32,000 nt of DNA from an uncultured Methanobacteriaceae archaeon. GTDB lineage: Archaea > Methanobacteriota > Methanobacteria > Methanobacteriales > Methanobacteriaceae. The notes below the pieces were generated by a model. That model saw only the letters and a list, made by a program, of their open reading frames with translations, was not told the DNA's origin and made no database searches. The translations under genes and the position numbers were made by a program. Shown piece by piece: positions 1 to 9,695 of the stretch; position 1 is the stretch's first letter; every line of letters begins with the position of its first letter. The stretch is from assembly GCA_964431035.1 (NCBI GenBank), contig CAYSIF010000012.1, positions 2,930-34,929 of the forward strand, read 5' to 3'.

Positions 1-85
1 AAGTTTTTATCGATTGTACGCGATGAAAAAAAGTATATATTTTTTATTAAATACTGTTTTTAATGTTGAATTTTTTTGGTGTTTT

Positions 86-131
86 TGAAAAAAAAGTGGT
101 TATGAGAATAAATTTTTTTTGGTTTATTCTC
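86..131 (-). terminator. Hairpin plus T-run downstream of the ArsA/Get3-like gene
   Basis: Perfect 9-bp inverted repeat GAGAATAAA (104-112) / TTTATTCTC (123-131) with a 10-nt loop, starting 6 nt past the stop at 137. On the minus strand it is followed by a T8 run (complement of A8 at about 88-95). Confidence 0.45.
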
Positions 132-136
132 TTTTT

Positions 137-1171
<1,035 letters not shown>

Positions 1172-1307
1172 TTAGAATATTTTTTTGTTAAAAATATTTT
1201 AGTAACTTTTGGTTAATAAATGTATTCATAATTTAATATTAACAATAAAGAAACAAAAAACAAAAATATTAAGAAAAAAACTTGAAAAATAAAATAAAAT
1301 TTTAAAA

Positions 1308-1327
1308 TAATCTAAAAAATCAGATTA
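1308..1327 (-). terminator. Short hairpin immediately after the stop of the 1330-2520 ATPase gene
   Basis: TAATCT (1308-1313) / AGATTA (1322-1327) with an 8-nt loop, followed on the minus strand by T-rich sequence. The stem is AT-rich and weak. Confidence 0.3.
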
Positions 1328-1329
1328 AT

Positions 1330-2520
1330 CTAAATAAAATTATATGGATAATCTCCTTTACTTCTATATTCTGATTTTAACCATCTTTTTATTAAAGGTT
1401 CTGATAAAAAGTATTTATTGTTTGTAAAACCTATTAAAGATAAATTTTGTAAATTTATTAAATATTGTCCTAATGAACCAGAACTTAATCCAATATTCTC
1501 TGCAATATCTATTCTTCTTAATGGTTTATCTATTAGTGAAGTGATAATTGTTTGTTCGCGATATGATAATCCTGCCCAAATATTAATTAAATGAGATGCT
1601 ATATAATATATTGATTCATCAAATTCATTTATTACATCTTTTTCATCAAGGAGAGAATTTTTAGGCAATATTCTAGCAAATATATTAATATATGCTGGAA
1701 TGCCTGATGTACATTTATAAAATCTTTCAAAACCTTTATCTGTAAATGTTAATTCTGGTGTTTTTTCACTTAAATAGTTATTAACTGTTTGTTTTGAGAA
1801 TGGTCTTAAATTAAATGTTAGCATTCTTCCACCAAAAACACCTTGTTTGCTTGCAATTTCTGTTATTAGGTTATCTTGAATGCTCATAGATCCTGAGAAT
1901 ACATAGGCTATATGTCTTTGATTTTGTATGTAACTACGTAGTTTCCATAAAAATGATTCTGTATATCTGTTTAATCTTCTGATTGTTTGGAATTCGTCAA
2001 TAAATATAATAATTCCTTTTATATTGTCTTTATTTTTTTCATATATTTTTTCTGGTAAAGTTAATACAAAGTCCATTAAATCTTCATTGTTAGTTTCTGC
2101 TCCAAATATTGGTATAGGTACTCCTTTTATGTGTGTGAAGTCTTTTATGAAAAAATCATTTGTTTTGAAAAATTTTTCTATTTTTTTATTTATATTTTTT
2201 ATTTTACTGTCGTTACATTCGAGTATTATTTTTTTACAATAGTATTCTAATATGCTTTTAATTGTGGTTTTGTTGTTTTTGTTTAGTCCTGCTTGGCTGA
2301 AATCCATGTATATTACTAGATAGTCTTTTTCTAATTCTTTTTTGATTTTTTTTAAGAATACTGTTTTGCCTATTCCTCTAAGACCTGTTAGTAAGATATC
2401 TGGAGGGTTTCCTGTGCTTGTTGTTTCTAGGAAACTTTTAAATGTTGTTAATTCTTTATTTCTGTTGTAGAATTGATCTTCGTTTAAATTTTGATTGTTT
2501 CCCCATGGTATTTGTGACAT
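1330..2520 (-). CDS. Archaeal ATPase family protein (Arch_ATPase/COG1672-like P-loop NTPase with a C-terminal winged-helix-like region)
   Basis: 396-aa ORF with Walker A GLRGIGKT and Walker B IIIFIDEFQ. It also has FSGS, a GIPAYI segment typical of this family, and a C-terminal HTH-like stretch IDIAENIGLSSGSLGQYLINL. GTGA lies upstream of the ATG at 2520. Confidence 0.75.
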   Translation of the reverse strand: MSQIPWGNNQNLNEDQFYNRNKELTTFKSFLETTSTGNPPDILLTGLRGIGKTVFLKKIKKELEKDYLVIYMDFSQAGLNKNNKTTIKSILEYYCKKIILECNDSKIKNINKKIEKFFKTNDFFIKDFTHIKGVPIPIFGAETNNEDLMDFVLTLPEKIYEKNKDNIKGIIIFIDEFQTIRRLNRYTESFLWKLRSYIQNQRHIAYVFSGSMSIQDNLITEIASKQGVFGGRMLTFNLRPFSKQTVNNYLSEKTPELTFTDKGFERFYKCTSGIPAYINIFARILPKNSLLDEKDVINEFDESIYYIASHLINIWAGLSYREQTIITSLIDKPLRRIDIAENIGLSSGSLGQYLINLQNLSLIGFTNNKYFLSEPLIKRWLKSEYRSKGDYPYNFI

Positions 2521-2563
2521 ATTTTTTCACTTGCATATTGTTATTTTTTTATTTAATATATTG

Positions 2564-2646
2564 TATATACTAAAATTTTATTATATAATATTTTTTTATT
2601 ACATATTATATATACTAAAATTTTATTATATAATATTTTTTTATTA
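2564..2646. repeat. Perfect 38-bp direct repeat, two copies, period 45 bp
   Basis: TATATACTAAAATTTTATTATATAATATTTTTTTATTA occurs at 2564-2601 and again at 2609-2646, identical on base-by-base comparison. It lies in the divergent intergenic region between the ATPase gene (-) and nadE (+), and each copy carries TATA-like TTATATAA. Confidence 0.9.
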
Positions 2647-2827
2647 TATTAAAATTAGTGGATAAAAATTTCAAACCTACAAAATATTAATTAAATTAGG
2701 TAAATCTTCATGAGTTTTTTTTAAGTATTATTCTTTTTTTATTTATCTAGGATTATTTGGGCTTTTGTTATTATATAGTATAATTTACATAACTATAATA
2801 TGTTAAATAGATTATTTTTTTTTTATA

Positions 2828-3634
2828 GTGATTAATAATATGATAAGTTTACCTAAAATTGATAGTAGTTTAGCTAAAAAAGAAATTACTGCTTTTATCA
2901 ATGAAATTGTTTCATCATCACATTCTGATGGGATAGTTGTTGGTTTAAGTGGAGGAATTGACTCATCTGTAAGTGCTTATCTTGCAGTTGATAGTGTTGG
3001 TGCGGAAAATGTTCTTGGAGTTCATATGTATAGTTCAACAACTCCTAAAGAAGATAAAGATCATGCCCAGCTTATGGCTAAATTATTAGATATTGAATAT
3101 GTTGAAATTTCTATTGATAGTATTGTTGATGAGATTTTAAATACTACTACAAAAAGTGATTCTAAATTAGCTAATGGTAATCTTAAAGCTAGGATTAGAA
3201 TGTCTTTATTATATTATTATGCTAATATTAATAATTATCTTGTTATTGGTACTGGTAACCGTAGTGAGTTACTTATTGGATATTTCACTAAGTATGGTGA
3301 TGGAGGTTGTGATTTAGAACCTATTGGAAATATATTAAAAACACAACTTAGAGTTTTATCTAAATCTTGGGGTATCCCTGATGATATTATAACTAAGCCT
3401 CCTCGTGCAGGTTTGTGGCCTGGTCAAAATGATGAGGATGAGATAGGTTTAAGTTATGAGACTCTTGACCTTTTATTATATATGATTGTTGATAAAAATA
3501 TGGATAATGATGAGATAATTAAAAATATAAGTATTAGCTCTGATGAAATTGATAGAATACGATTAAAAATTGATAATAATAAGCATAAACTTACAAATCC
3601 TAAAACTCCATTTGACTTTGGGAAAAAATTCTAA
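2828..3634 (+). CDS. nadE: NH3-dependent NAD+ synthetase
   Basis: 268-aa ORF with PP-loop GLSGGIDSS and the central YGDGG motif typical of NadE. The start is GTG 2828 or, more likely, ATG 2840 (GTGA 8 nt upstream). Confidence 0.9.
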   Translation: MINNMISLPKIDSSLAKKEITAFINEIVSSSHSDGIVVGLSGGIDSSVSAYLAVDSVGAENVLGVHMYSSTTPKEDKDHAQLMAKLLDIEYVEISIDSIVDEILNTTTKSDSKLANGNLKARIRMSLLYYYANINNYLVIGTGNRSELLIGYFTKYGDGGCDLEPIGNILKTQLRVLSKSWGIPDDIITKPPRAGLWPGQNDEDEIGLSYETLDLLLYMIVDKNMDNDEIIKNISISSDEIDRIRLKIDNNKHKLTNPKTPFDFGKKF

Positions 3635-3662
3635 AAAAAATTAAAGGTTTGGTGAATACATC

Positions 3663-6527
3663 GTGACAAATAAAATAGAAAAAAAATGGCAGAAGAAATG
3701 GGAAGACGAAAAAATATTCCAATCAAATCCAGATGAAAGAGAAAAATTATACTTAACTGTAGCATTTCCCTACCCAAGCGGAGCAATGCACATAGGACAC
3801 GGAAGAACATACACAGTACCAGACGTATATGCTAGATTCAAAAGAATGAAAGGCTACAATGTACTCTTCCCAATGGCATGGCATGTAACAGGAGCACCAG
3901 TAATAGGAATAGCAAGCAGAATAAAAAGAAAAGACGAATGGACACTAAACCTATACGAAAACGTGCACAAAGTACCAAAAGAAACACTCCCAAAACTAGA
4001 AGATCCAGAATTCATTGTAAAATACTTCAGTAACCAATACCATAAAGTAATGGAAGATATGGGATTCTCAATAGACTGGAGAAGAGAATTCAGAACAATA
4101 GACCCACCATACAAACAATTCATAAGATGGCAAATAACAAAACTATATGAAAAAGGCTATGTTATAAAAGGAAAACACCCAGTAAAATACTGCCCACACG
4201 ATGACAACCCAGTAGGAGACCACGACTTACTCGAAGGAGAAGGAGTAGCAATAAACGAATTAACACTACTAAAATTCAAAGTAAATGACAAAATACTAAT
4301 ACCAGCAACATTAAGACCAGAAACAATATTCGGAGCAACAAACATCTGGCTCAACCCAGAAATAGAATACATAGAAGTAAAACACGAAAATGAAACATGG
4401 ATTGTAAGTAAAGACTCCTATGAAAACATCACCAACCAAAAAAATAACCTAGAAATAATAGGCACAATAAATCCAGAAGAATATATTGGACAATATGCAG
4501 AAAACCCAGTAACAAAAGATAAAATACCAATACTACCAGCAAACTTCGTAGACTCAGAATACGGAACAGGAACAGTATTTTCAGAACCAGCAGATGCACC
4601 AGCAGATTACATAGCATTAAAAGACCTAAAAGAAAACAACACCCTACTTGAAAAATACAACTTAAAAGAAACCGTAGAAAAAATAGAACCAATACCAATA
4701 GTAAAACTCAAAAAATACAGCACCATACCAGCCAAAGACATAATCGAAGAACTACAAGTAACAGACCAAAACGACCCAAAACTAAAAGACGCAACCAACG
4801 AACTATACAAACTAGAATTCAACAAAGGAATAGTAGTAGACGAAATACAAGACTACGGAGGACAAAAAGTATCCACTGCAAGAGAAGAAGTCAAAGAAAA
4901 AATGATAAACGAAAACCTTGCAGACACCATGTACGACTTCGCAGAAAAACCAGTAATCTGCAGATGCGGAACAAAATGTGTTGTTAAAATAATGGACAAC
5001 CAATGGTTCCTAAAATACTCCGACGAAGACTGGACAAACAACGCACATGAAGTACTTGAAGGAGAAACAATAATACCACCTGAAATCAGAGCAAACTTCG
5101 AATACTACCTCGGATGGTTAGAAGACTGGGCATGCAGTAGAAGACTAGGATTAGGTACACACATGCCATGGGACAAACAATGGCTAATCGAACCACTATC
5201 AGATTCTACAATATACATGTCATACTATACAATAGCGAAATACCTAAGAGACATGGACCCAGAAACACTAACACCAGAATTCTTCGACAAAGTATTCCTA
5301 GATAAAGACCCTGAAAACCCAGAAAATCTAAAAGTAGAAGAAGATAAAGTACAAGAAATACAAAACGAATTCAACTACTGGTACCCATTAGATTGGAGAT
5401 TATCTGCAAAAGATTTAGTTGGAAACCACTTAAGTTTCCTCATGTTCCACCACAGTGCAATATTCCCACAAGAAAAATGGCCAAAAGGAACCGTAGTATT
5501 TGGAATGGGACTACTTGAAGGAAACAAAATGTCCTCCTCCAAAGGAAACATTATCCTCCTAGATGATGCTATAGAAGAATATAGTGCAGACGTTGTAAGA
5601 TTATTCCTAATGTCATCTGCTGAACCATGGCAAGACTTCGACTGGAGAGAAAAAGAAGTACTAGGTACCAAACGAAGATTATCATGGTTTAGCCAATTCG
5701 CAGATAAAATCAAAAATATCTCCGGAAAAGACATAGACCTAAGCAATATAAAAGAAGAAGAAGTAACCAGAACCATTGATAAATGGATGTTAAACCAATT
5801 AAATCTAAGAATAAAAAATGCTACAGAAGCTTTAGAAGTATTCCAAACAAGAAAAGCACTACAAGAAGCATTCTTCCTACTTAAAAAAGATTTAGACCAT
5901 TACATGTACCGTACAAAACATCTAATAGAAACAAAAGACCCAGCTATGATCTATGTATTAACAAAAGTTCTTGAATCATGGTTAAGACTACTATCACCAT
6001 TCACCCCACACACTTGTGAAGAAATATGGAGTGAAAATGGTGGAGAAGGTTTCATATCAAATGCATCATGGCCAGAATACAATGAAACATTAATAGATAC
6101 AAAAGTAGAACGCTCAGAAGCACTTGTTCAAAACCTTGTAAGTGATATTAATGAAATTAAGAAAATGATTAAAAATGATGTGGAAAAAGTTCATGTATAC
6201 CTTTCACCAGATTGGAAATGGGACTTATATGAAATAGCTAATGAAGTAGGTAAACCAGATATTGGTAGAATAATGGGGCAAGCTATTTCAAAAAATATAC
6301 ATGATGATAAAAAAGAAATTGCTCAAAATGCTAAAAAAATAGGTCAAGAAGTTACAAAAACAAAATATGTTGGAAAAATAGATGAATTTGAAATATTAAA
6401 TGATGCTTTAGATTATATTGAAGAGGAATGTGATAATACTGTTGTTATACATACTGATGATAGTTATGATCCTCAAAATAAAGCTCGAAATGCTATTCCA
6501 TATAAACCAGCACTTTATATGGAATAA
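3663..6527 (+). CDS. leuS: Leucyl-tRNA synthetase (archaeal type)
   Basis: 954-aa ORF with the class I HIGH motif ([10 protein letters not shown]), KMSKS-like NKMSSSKG, and an editing-domain insertion. GTG start with GGTGA 7 nt upstream. Confidence 0.95.
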   Translation: MTNKIEKKWQKKWEDEKIFQSNPDEREKLYLTVAFPYPSGAMHIGHGRTYTVPDVYARFKRMKGYNVLFPMAWHVTGAPVIGIASRIKRKDEWTLNLYENVHKVPKETLPKLEDPEFIVKYFSNQYHKVMEDMGFSIDWRREFRTIDPPYKQFIRWQITKLYEKGYVIKGKHPVKYCPHDDNPVGDHDLLEGEGVAINELTLLKFKVNDKILIPATLRPETIFGATNIWLNPEIEYIEVKHENETWIVSKDSYENITNQKNNLEIIGTINPEEYIGQYAENPVTKDKIPILPANFVDSEYGTGTVFSEPADAPADYIALKDLKENNTLLEKYNLKETVEKIEPIPIVKLKKYSTIPAKDIIEELQVTDQNDPKLKDATNELYKLEFNKGIVVDEIQDYGGQKVSTAREEVKEKMINENLADTMYDFAEKPVICRCGTKCVVKIMDNQWFLKYSDEDWTNNAHEVLEGETIIPPEIRANFEYYLGWLEDWACSRRLGLGTHMPWDKQWLIEPLSDSTIYMSYYTIAKYLRDMDPETLTPEFFDKVFLDKDPENPENLKVEEDKVQEIQNEFNYWYPLDWRLSAKDLVGNHLSFLMFHHSAIFPQEKWPKGTVVFGMGLLEGNKMSSSKGNIILLDDAIEEYSADVVRLFLMSSAEPWQDFDWREKEVLGTKRRLSWFSQFADKIKNISGKDIDLSNIKEEEVTRTIDKWMLNQLNLRIKNATEALEVFQTRKALQEAFFLLKKDLDHYMYRTKHLIETKDPAMIYVLTKVLESWLRLLSPFTPHTCEEIWSENGGEGFISNASWPEYNETLIDTKVERSEALVQNLVSDINEIKKMIKNDVEKVHVYLSPDWKWDLYEIANEVGKPDIGRIMGQAISKNIHDDKKEIAQNAKKIGQEVTKTKYVGKIDEFEILNDALDYIEEECDNTVVIHTDDSYDPQNKARNAIPYKPALYME

Positions 6528-6533
6528 TTAAAC

Positions 6534-6559
6534 TTTTTTTCTTCTTTTTTCTTTATTTT
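6534..6559 (+). terminator. Oligo-T tracts after leuS (archaeal-type termination signal)
   Basis: T7 (6534-6540), T6 and further T runs within 35 nt of the leuS stop. Confidence 0.35.
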
Positions 6560-6618
6560 AAAATATATACTAATTTTTTTTTTGATAGAATTTATAAAAA
6601 TATTGGATAAAAAAATCT

Positions 6619-6672
6619 TTACTTAAAAAATTAAGTAACTATTTATATAAACTTACTTAAAAAATTAAGTAA
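6619..6672. promoter_or_regulatory. Two identical 20-bp palindromic sites flanking a TATA box (candidate operator pair)
   Basis: TTACTTAA-AAAA-TTAAGTAA (8-bp perfect inverted arms, 4-nt spacer) at 6619-6638 and 6653-6672, centre-to-centre 34 bp. TTTATATA at 6642-6649 lies between them. AGGTGA is at 6682-6687 and the ATG at 6694. Confidence 0.6.
6642..6649 (+). promoter_or_regulatory. TATA box of the 6694-8136 gene
   Basis: TTTATATA lies about 45 nt upstream of the ATG. That spacing fits a transcription start near 6672 followed by the SD AGGTGA. Confidence 0.45.
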
Positions 6673-6693
6673 TAAAGAGAAAGGTGAAAAAAA

Positions 6694-8136
6694 ATGGAAG
6701 AAGAAAAAATCATAATGGATTTTATCACCGAGGAAATAAACACCATCCCAAATATTCTAAAAAAAAAATTAACCACTAACAATAAAAAAATCACCCCAAG
6801 AGAAGAACTAGAAAAAATAAAACACAACATCAACAAATTTCTAGAAGGAAAAACCTCAAATCGTTTCAATGTATTATCTGGATTACGTGGAGTTGGTAAA
6901 ACAATATTACTTTACCAAACATACGAATATTTACTAAAAGAAAAGAATATAAATCCCGAACAAATATTATATATCTCATGCGAAGAATTAAACAATATAA
7001 ACAAATGCGACATAAAAAAACTCATAGACATCTATTTAAAACAAAAATACAATACAAACCTTAGATTATTAAACAAAAAAATATTTCTATTAATTGATGA
7101 AGCCCAATACGATAAAAATTGGTCAATATCCGGAAAAATAATCTACGATAAAACCGACGAAATATTTATGATTTTCACAGGATCATCAGCATTAAGCATG
7201 GAATATAATGCCGATTCGGCGAGAAGAATGCTCAAAAAAGTTATAACTCCTTTAAACTATAGCGAACATATAAAACTAAAATATGGATTAAAATTAAATA
7301 TAACACAACCATTAATTAAATTAATATTTGAAGGAAAAATAGATGAAGCAAAAAAAGCCGAAGAAAAAATCAATACAATATTAACAAACCATATTCCTTA
7401 TACAAATAACGATTGGGAAGAATATTTAAAATATGGTGGTTTTCCCATATTATTCAATGAAAATGATTACACCGATTTAAACTCAAAATTAATTGATATG
7501 GTTAATAAAGTCATAAATACAGATTTAATAAGATTTAAAAATTTTAATTTCGAAAATCAAGCTAATGCTAATCGAATACTACGTTTTTTAGCATTACAAA
7601 AAGCAGGAAACCTTTCACAAAATAAATTATCAAATTATCTAAAAACATCATCCCTAAATGTCAAAAATATATTAGACACCTTAGAAAAGACAAAATTAAT
7701 ATTTCATTGTGAACCTTATGGAACATCAACAAAAAGAATTAATAAATCCTGGAAATATTATTTTGCTACAAGTAGTTTAAGATATAATTTATCAATAAGT
7801 CTAGGAAATTCAACCCACAATACAGAAGAATATGAAGGAACAATAATAGAAAATTTAGTTGCTTCTACATTATTTAATTTCCTACAAAAAGAAAATAAAT
7901 ATATAAGTTTATATTACGATTCAAATGATACTAACTCTGATTTTATATTACAAGAAGATTTTAAATCACCAATCCCTATAGAAGTAGGGCGAGGAAAAAA
8001 GGATAAAAGACAAATAAAAACTTCTATGAACAAATATAATGCAGAATACGGGATAATAGTATCTAATAAAGAATCTGAAATTAAAAAAGATGGTGATGTA
8101 ATTCACATAACACCAAAAACCTTTTCATTTTTATAA
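6694..8136 (+). CDS. AAA_14-type ATPase fused to a DUF4143-like (PD-(D/E)xK nuclease-fold) C-terminal domain, COG1373-like
   Basis: 480-aa ORF with Walker A GLRGVGKT and Walker B FLLIDEAQYDKNW. The central wHTH-like region reads LRFLALQKAGNLSQNKLSNYL. The C-terminal SDFILQ...IPIEVGRGKK matches the D...E.K pattern of DUF4143. Confidence 0.75.
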   Translation: MEEEKIIMDFITEEINTIPNILKKKLTTNNKKITPREELEKIKHNINKFLEGKTSNRFNVLSGLRGVGKTILLYQTYEYLLKEKNINPEQILYISCEELNNINKCDIKKLIDIYLKQKYNTNLRLLNKKIFLLIDEAQYDKNWSISGKIIYDKTDEIFMIFTGSSALSMEYNADSARRMLKKVITPLNYSEHIKLKYGLKLNITQPLIKLIFEGKIDEAKKAEEKINTILTNHIPYTNNDWEEYLKYGGFPILFNENDYTDLNSKLIDMVNKVINTDLIRFKNFNFENQANANRILRFLALQKAGNLSQNKLSNYLKTSSLNVKNILDTLEKTKLIFHCEPYGTSTKRINKSWKYYFATSSLRYNLSISLGNSTHNTEEYEGTIIENLVASTLFNFLQKENKYISLYYDSNDTNSDFILQEDFKSPIPIEVGRGKKDKRQIKTSMNKYNAEYGIIVSNKESEIKKDGDVIHITPKTFSFL

Positions 8137-8156
8137 AAATTAAAATTGAAAATTTT

Positions 8157-8888
8157 TTATAATTTTCTTGCAAAAACAAGGTAGCCTGTATGACCTACCA
8201 TACGTGTTTTTGGTCTGGTTCCTTGTGATTTTATTTCTATTTCTCTTTCTAATGTTTCAATTATTTTTAAGTTTGAAAATCCTAATTTTTTAGCTACTTT
8301 ATGACTTACTTCAACTTGTTGTATATATGGTGCATAAACTACTAACCATCCTCCAAGCCTTAGTGTTTTATAGACATCTTCGAATATTTCATATGGTTTA
8401 GGAAGGTCTAAAAAGATTAAGTCTATTTCTTCTTCGTCAATTCCTTCTTTTATGTCTTGATTTTTTATTGTTATGTTTTTTATTCCGAATTCATCTATGT
8501 TTTTTTGTGCTACTTTTGCGAAGTCTTCTCTTATTTCATAGGATATTACTTTACCTTTATCTCCAACTATGTTTCCAAAGTTTAATGCTATTGCTCCTGC
8601 TCCTGTTCCTGCATCAATTACCCTGTCTCCAGCTCCTAATCCTGTGTGGGCTAGTACTGTTCCTATGTCTTTTTGTACTAGTATTGAGCATCTTCTGTCC
8701 ATTAGGTCTATGAAGTCGTTTATTGTTGGTTTTATTATTTTGAACTTTTTATCTAGATGAGAGATTATTGTGTCTCCAATTGTTGCTCTTTCCATTTGTT
8801 CTTTTTTTATTATTCCTAAATCTGATTGGAATTCTCTGTCTTCTTTGATTAGGTATTTTTTCCCTCTTTCATCCATTAAAATTTTCAT
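8157..8888 (-). CDS. trmI: tRNA (adenine-N1)-methyltransferase TrmI/Gcd14 family
   Basis: SAM-binding motif VIDAGTGAGAIAL and a GCD14-like layout. The ORF extends to 8906, but GGAGAG precedes the ATG at 8888 (MKILMDERG...). Confidence 0.8.
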   Translation of the reverse strand: MKILMDERGKKYLIKEDREFQSDLGIIKKEQMERATIGDTIISHLDKKFKIIKPTINDFIDLMDRRCSILVQKDIGTVLAHTGLGAGDRVIDAGTGAGAIALNFGNIVGDKGKVISYEIREDFAKVAQKNIDEFGIKNITIKNQDIKEGIDEEEIDLIFLDLPKPYEIFEDVYKTLRLGGWLVVYAPYIQQVEVSHKVAKKLGFSNLKIIETLEREIEIKSQGTRPKTRMVGHTGYLVFARKL

Positions 8889-8951
8889 AATATTCTCTCC
8901 ATGCAAATATGGAAGATTAAAACTTAGTTTAATATTAAAATTTATTACTTC

Positions 8952-9344
8952 TCATAAAAATATTCTTTTAATACCATTTATTTTATCAAAATCTGAATCA
9001 AAAGAAGCTATAATATTCGTATTATAATCCATCATAGTTTTTACAATAGTGCAATCTGAATAATTTATACTTTGATTATAATGTTTAAACAATTCAAAAC
9101 TATCATTGTATTTTTCAGATGTTAAAAAATCAATATTATCATAACTTAATAAAACATTTTTAATTTCATCTAATGTTAATTTGTGGTTATGCTTCTTTAA
9201 ACTATTTAATACTTCGACTAATACAATATTATTAATTAATTTTTTTTCATTCTTTATATATGATTTTAATATATGTGCTTTTTCATGATAATAATCATTA
9301 TCAATCATTAATCCAATAATGTAGGTACTATCTAAAAATATCAT
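8952..9344 (-). CDS. vapC: PIN-domain toxin (VapC-like)
   Basis: 130-aa ORF with N-terminal IFLDSTY (Asp5), VLVEVLN (Glu), YSDCTIV and FDSDFD acidic residues at PIN catalytic positions. It starts 2 nt after the upstream antitoxin stop. Confidence 0.8.
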   Translation of the reverse strand: MIFLDSTYIIGLMIDNDYYHEKAHILKSYIKNEKKLINNIVLVEVLNSLKKHNHKLTLDEIKNVLLSYDNIDFLTSEKYNDSFELFKHYNQSINYSDCTIVKTMMDYNTNIIASFDSDFDKINGIKRIFL

Positions 9345-9345
9345 A

Positions 9346-9624
9346 TTATTTATAACTATTTTTTTTTAAATCAACACTATTTGTTCGTGTGTTTGAGTGT
9401 AATATTCCATCTAACTTTTCTGAAGTGGTATCTCCTTCTGGTTTATCATATGATAGTAGTTTTTCAATTTCTTCTATAGTCATTGTTTTATTTGGAGAAT
9501 TATCTTCTTTTAAACCATTTAGTATATATTTATTTGCTAAATCAAACTGTGTTATTCCTGTTTCAACACTTTTAAGTTTTAATAATTGTTTAATATCCTC
9601 ATTGATTCTGATTGTAGTTGCCAT
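9346..9624 (-). CDS. vapB: Ribbon-helix-helix antitoxin (VapB/CopG-like)
   Basis: 92-aa ORF. The N-terminal TTIRINEDIKQLLKLKSVETGITQFDLANKYILNGL fits a beta-alpha-alpha RHH pattern. It sits directly upstream of the PIN gene, with an SD-like GGGGA 5-6 nt before the ATG. Confidence 0.7.
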   Translation of the reverse strand: MATTIRINEDIKQLLKLKSVETGITQFDLANKYILNGLKEDNSPNKTMTIEEIEKLLSYDKPEGDTTSEKLDGILHSNTRTNSVDLKKNSYK

Positions 9625-9642
9625 ATTAATCCCCTATATAAA

Positions 9643-9690
9643 TATATTTGTATAATAGTATATTTGTATAATAATATATTTATATATTTG
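9643..9690. promoter_or_regulatory. Tandem 15-bp direct repeats in the vapB promoter region (candidate RHH operator)
   Basis: TATATTTGTATAATA at 9643-9657 and 9659-9673 are perfect copies (period 16). A third half-copy TATATTTG lies at 9683-9690. All sit within the 71-bp gap between the hef stop and the vapB start. Confidence 0.5.
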
Positions 9691-9695
9691 GCAAA

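Noticed and set aside
2564-2646. Possible mini CRISPR array, given a repeat of about 38 bp
   Set aside because: There are only two copies and the spacer is 7 bp. The repeat is about 90 percent AT, there is no leader or array structure, and no cas genes occur in the window. A promoter duplication or binding array is more plausible.
3854-5776. A series of minus-strand ORFs (3854-4123, 4157-4372, 4429-4698, 4607-4825, 4812-5041, 5375-5776) antisense to leuS
   Set aside because: This is the same compositional artefact. They stop appearing once leuS switches to T-ending codons after about 5800, which itself supports the composition explanation.
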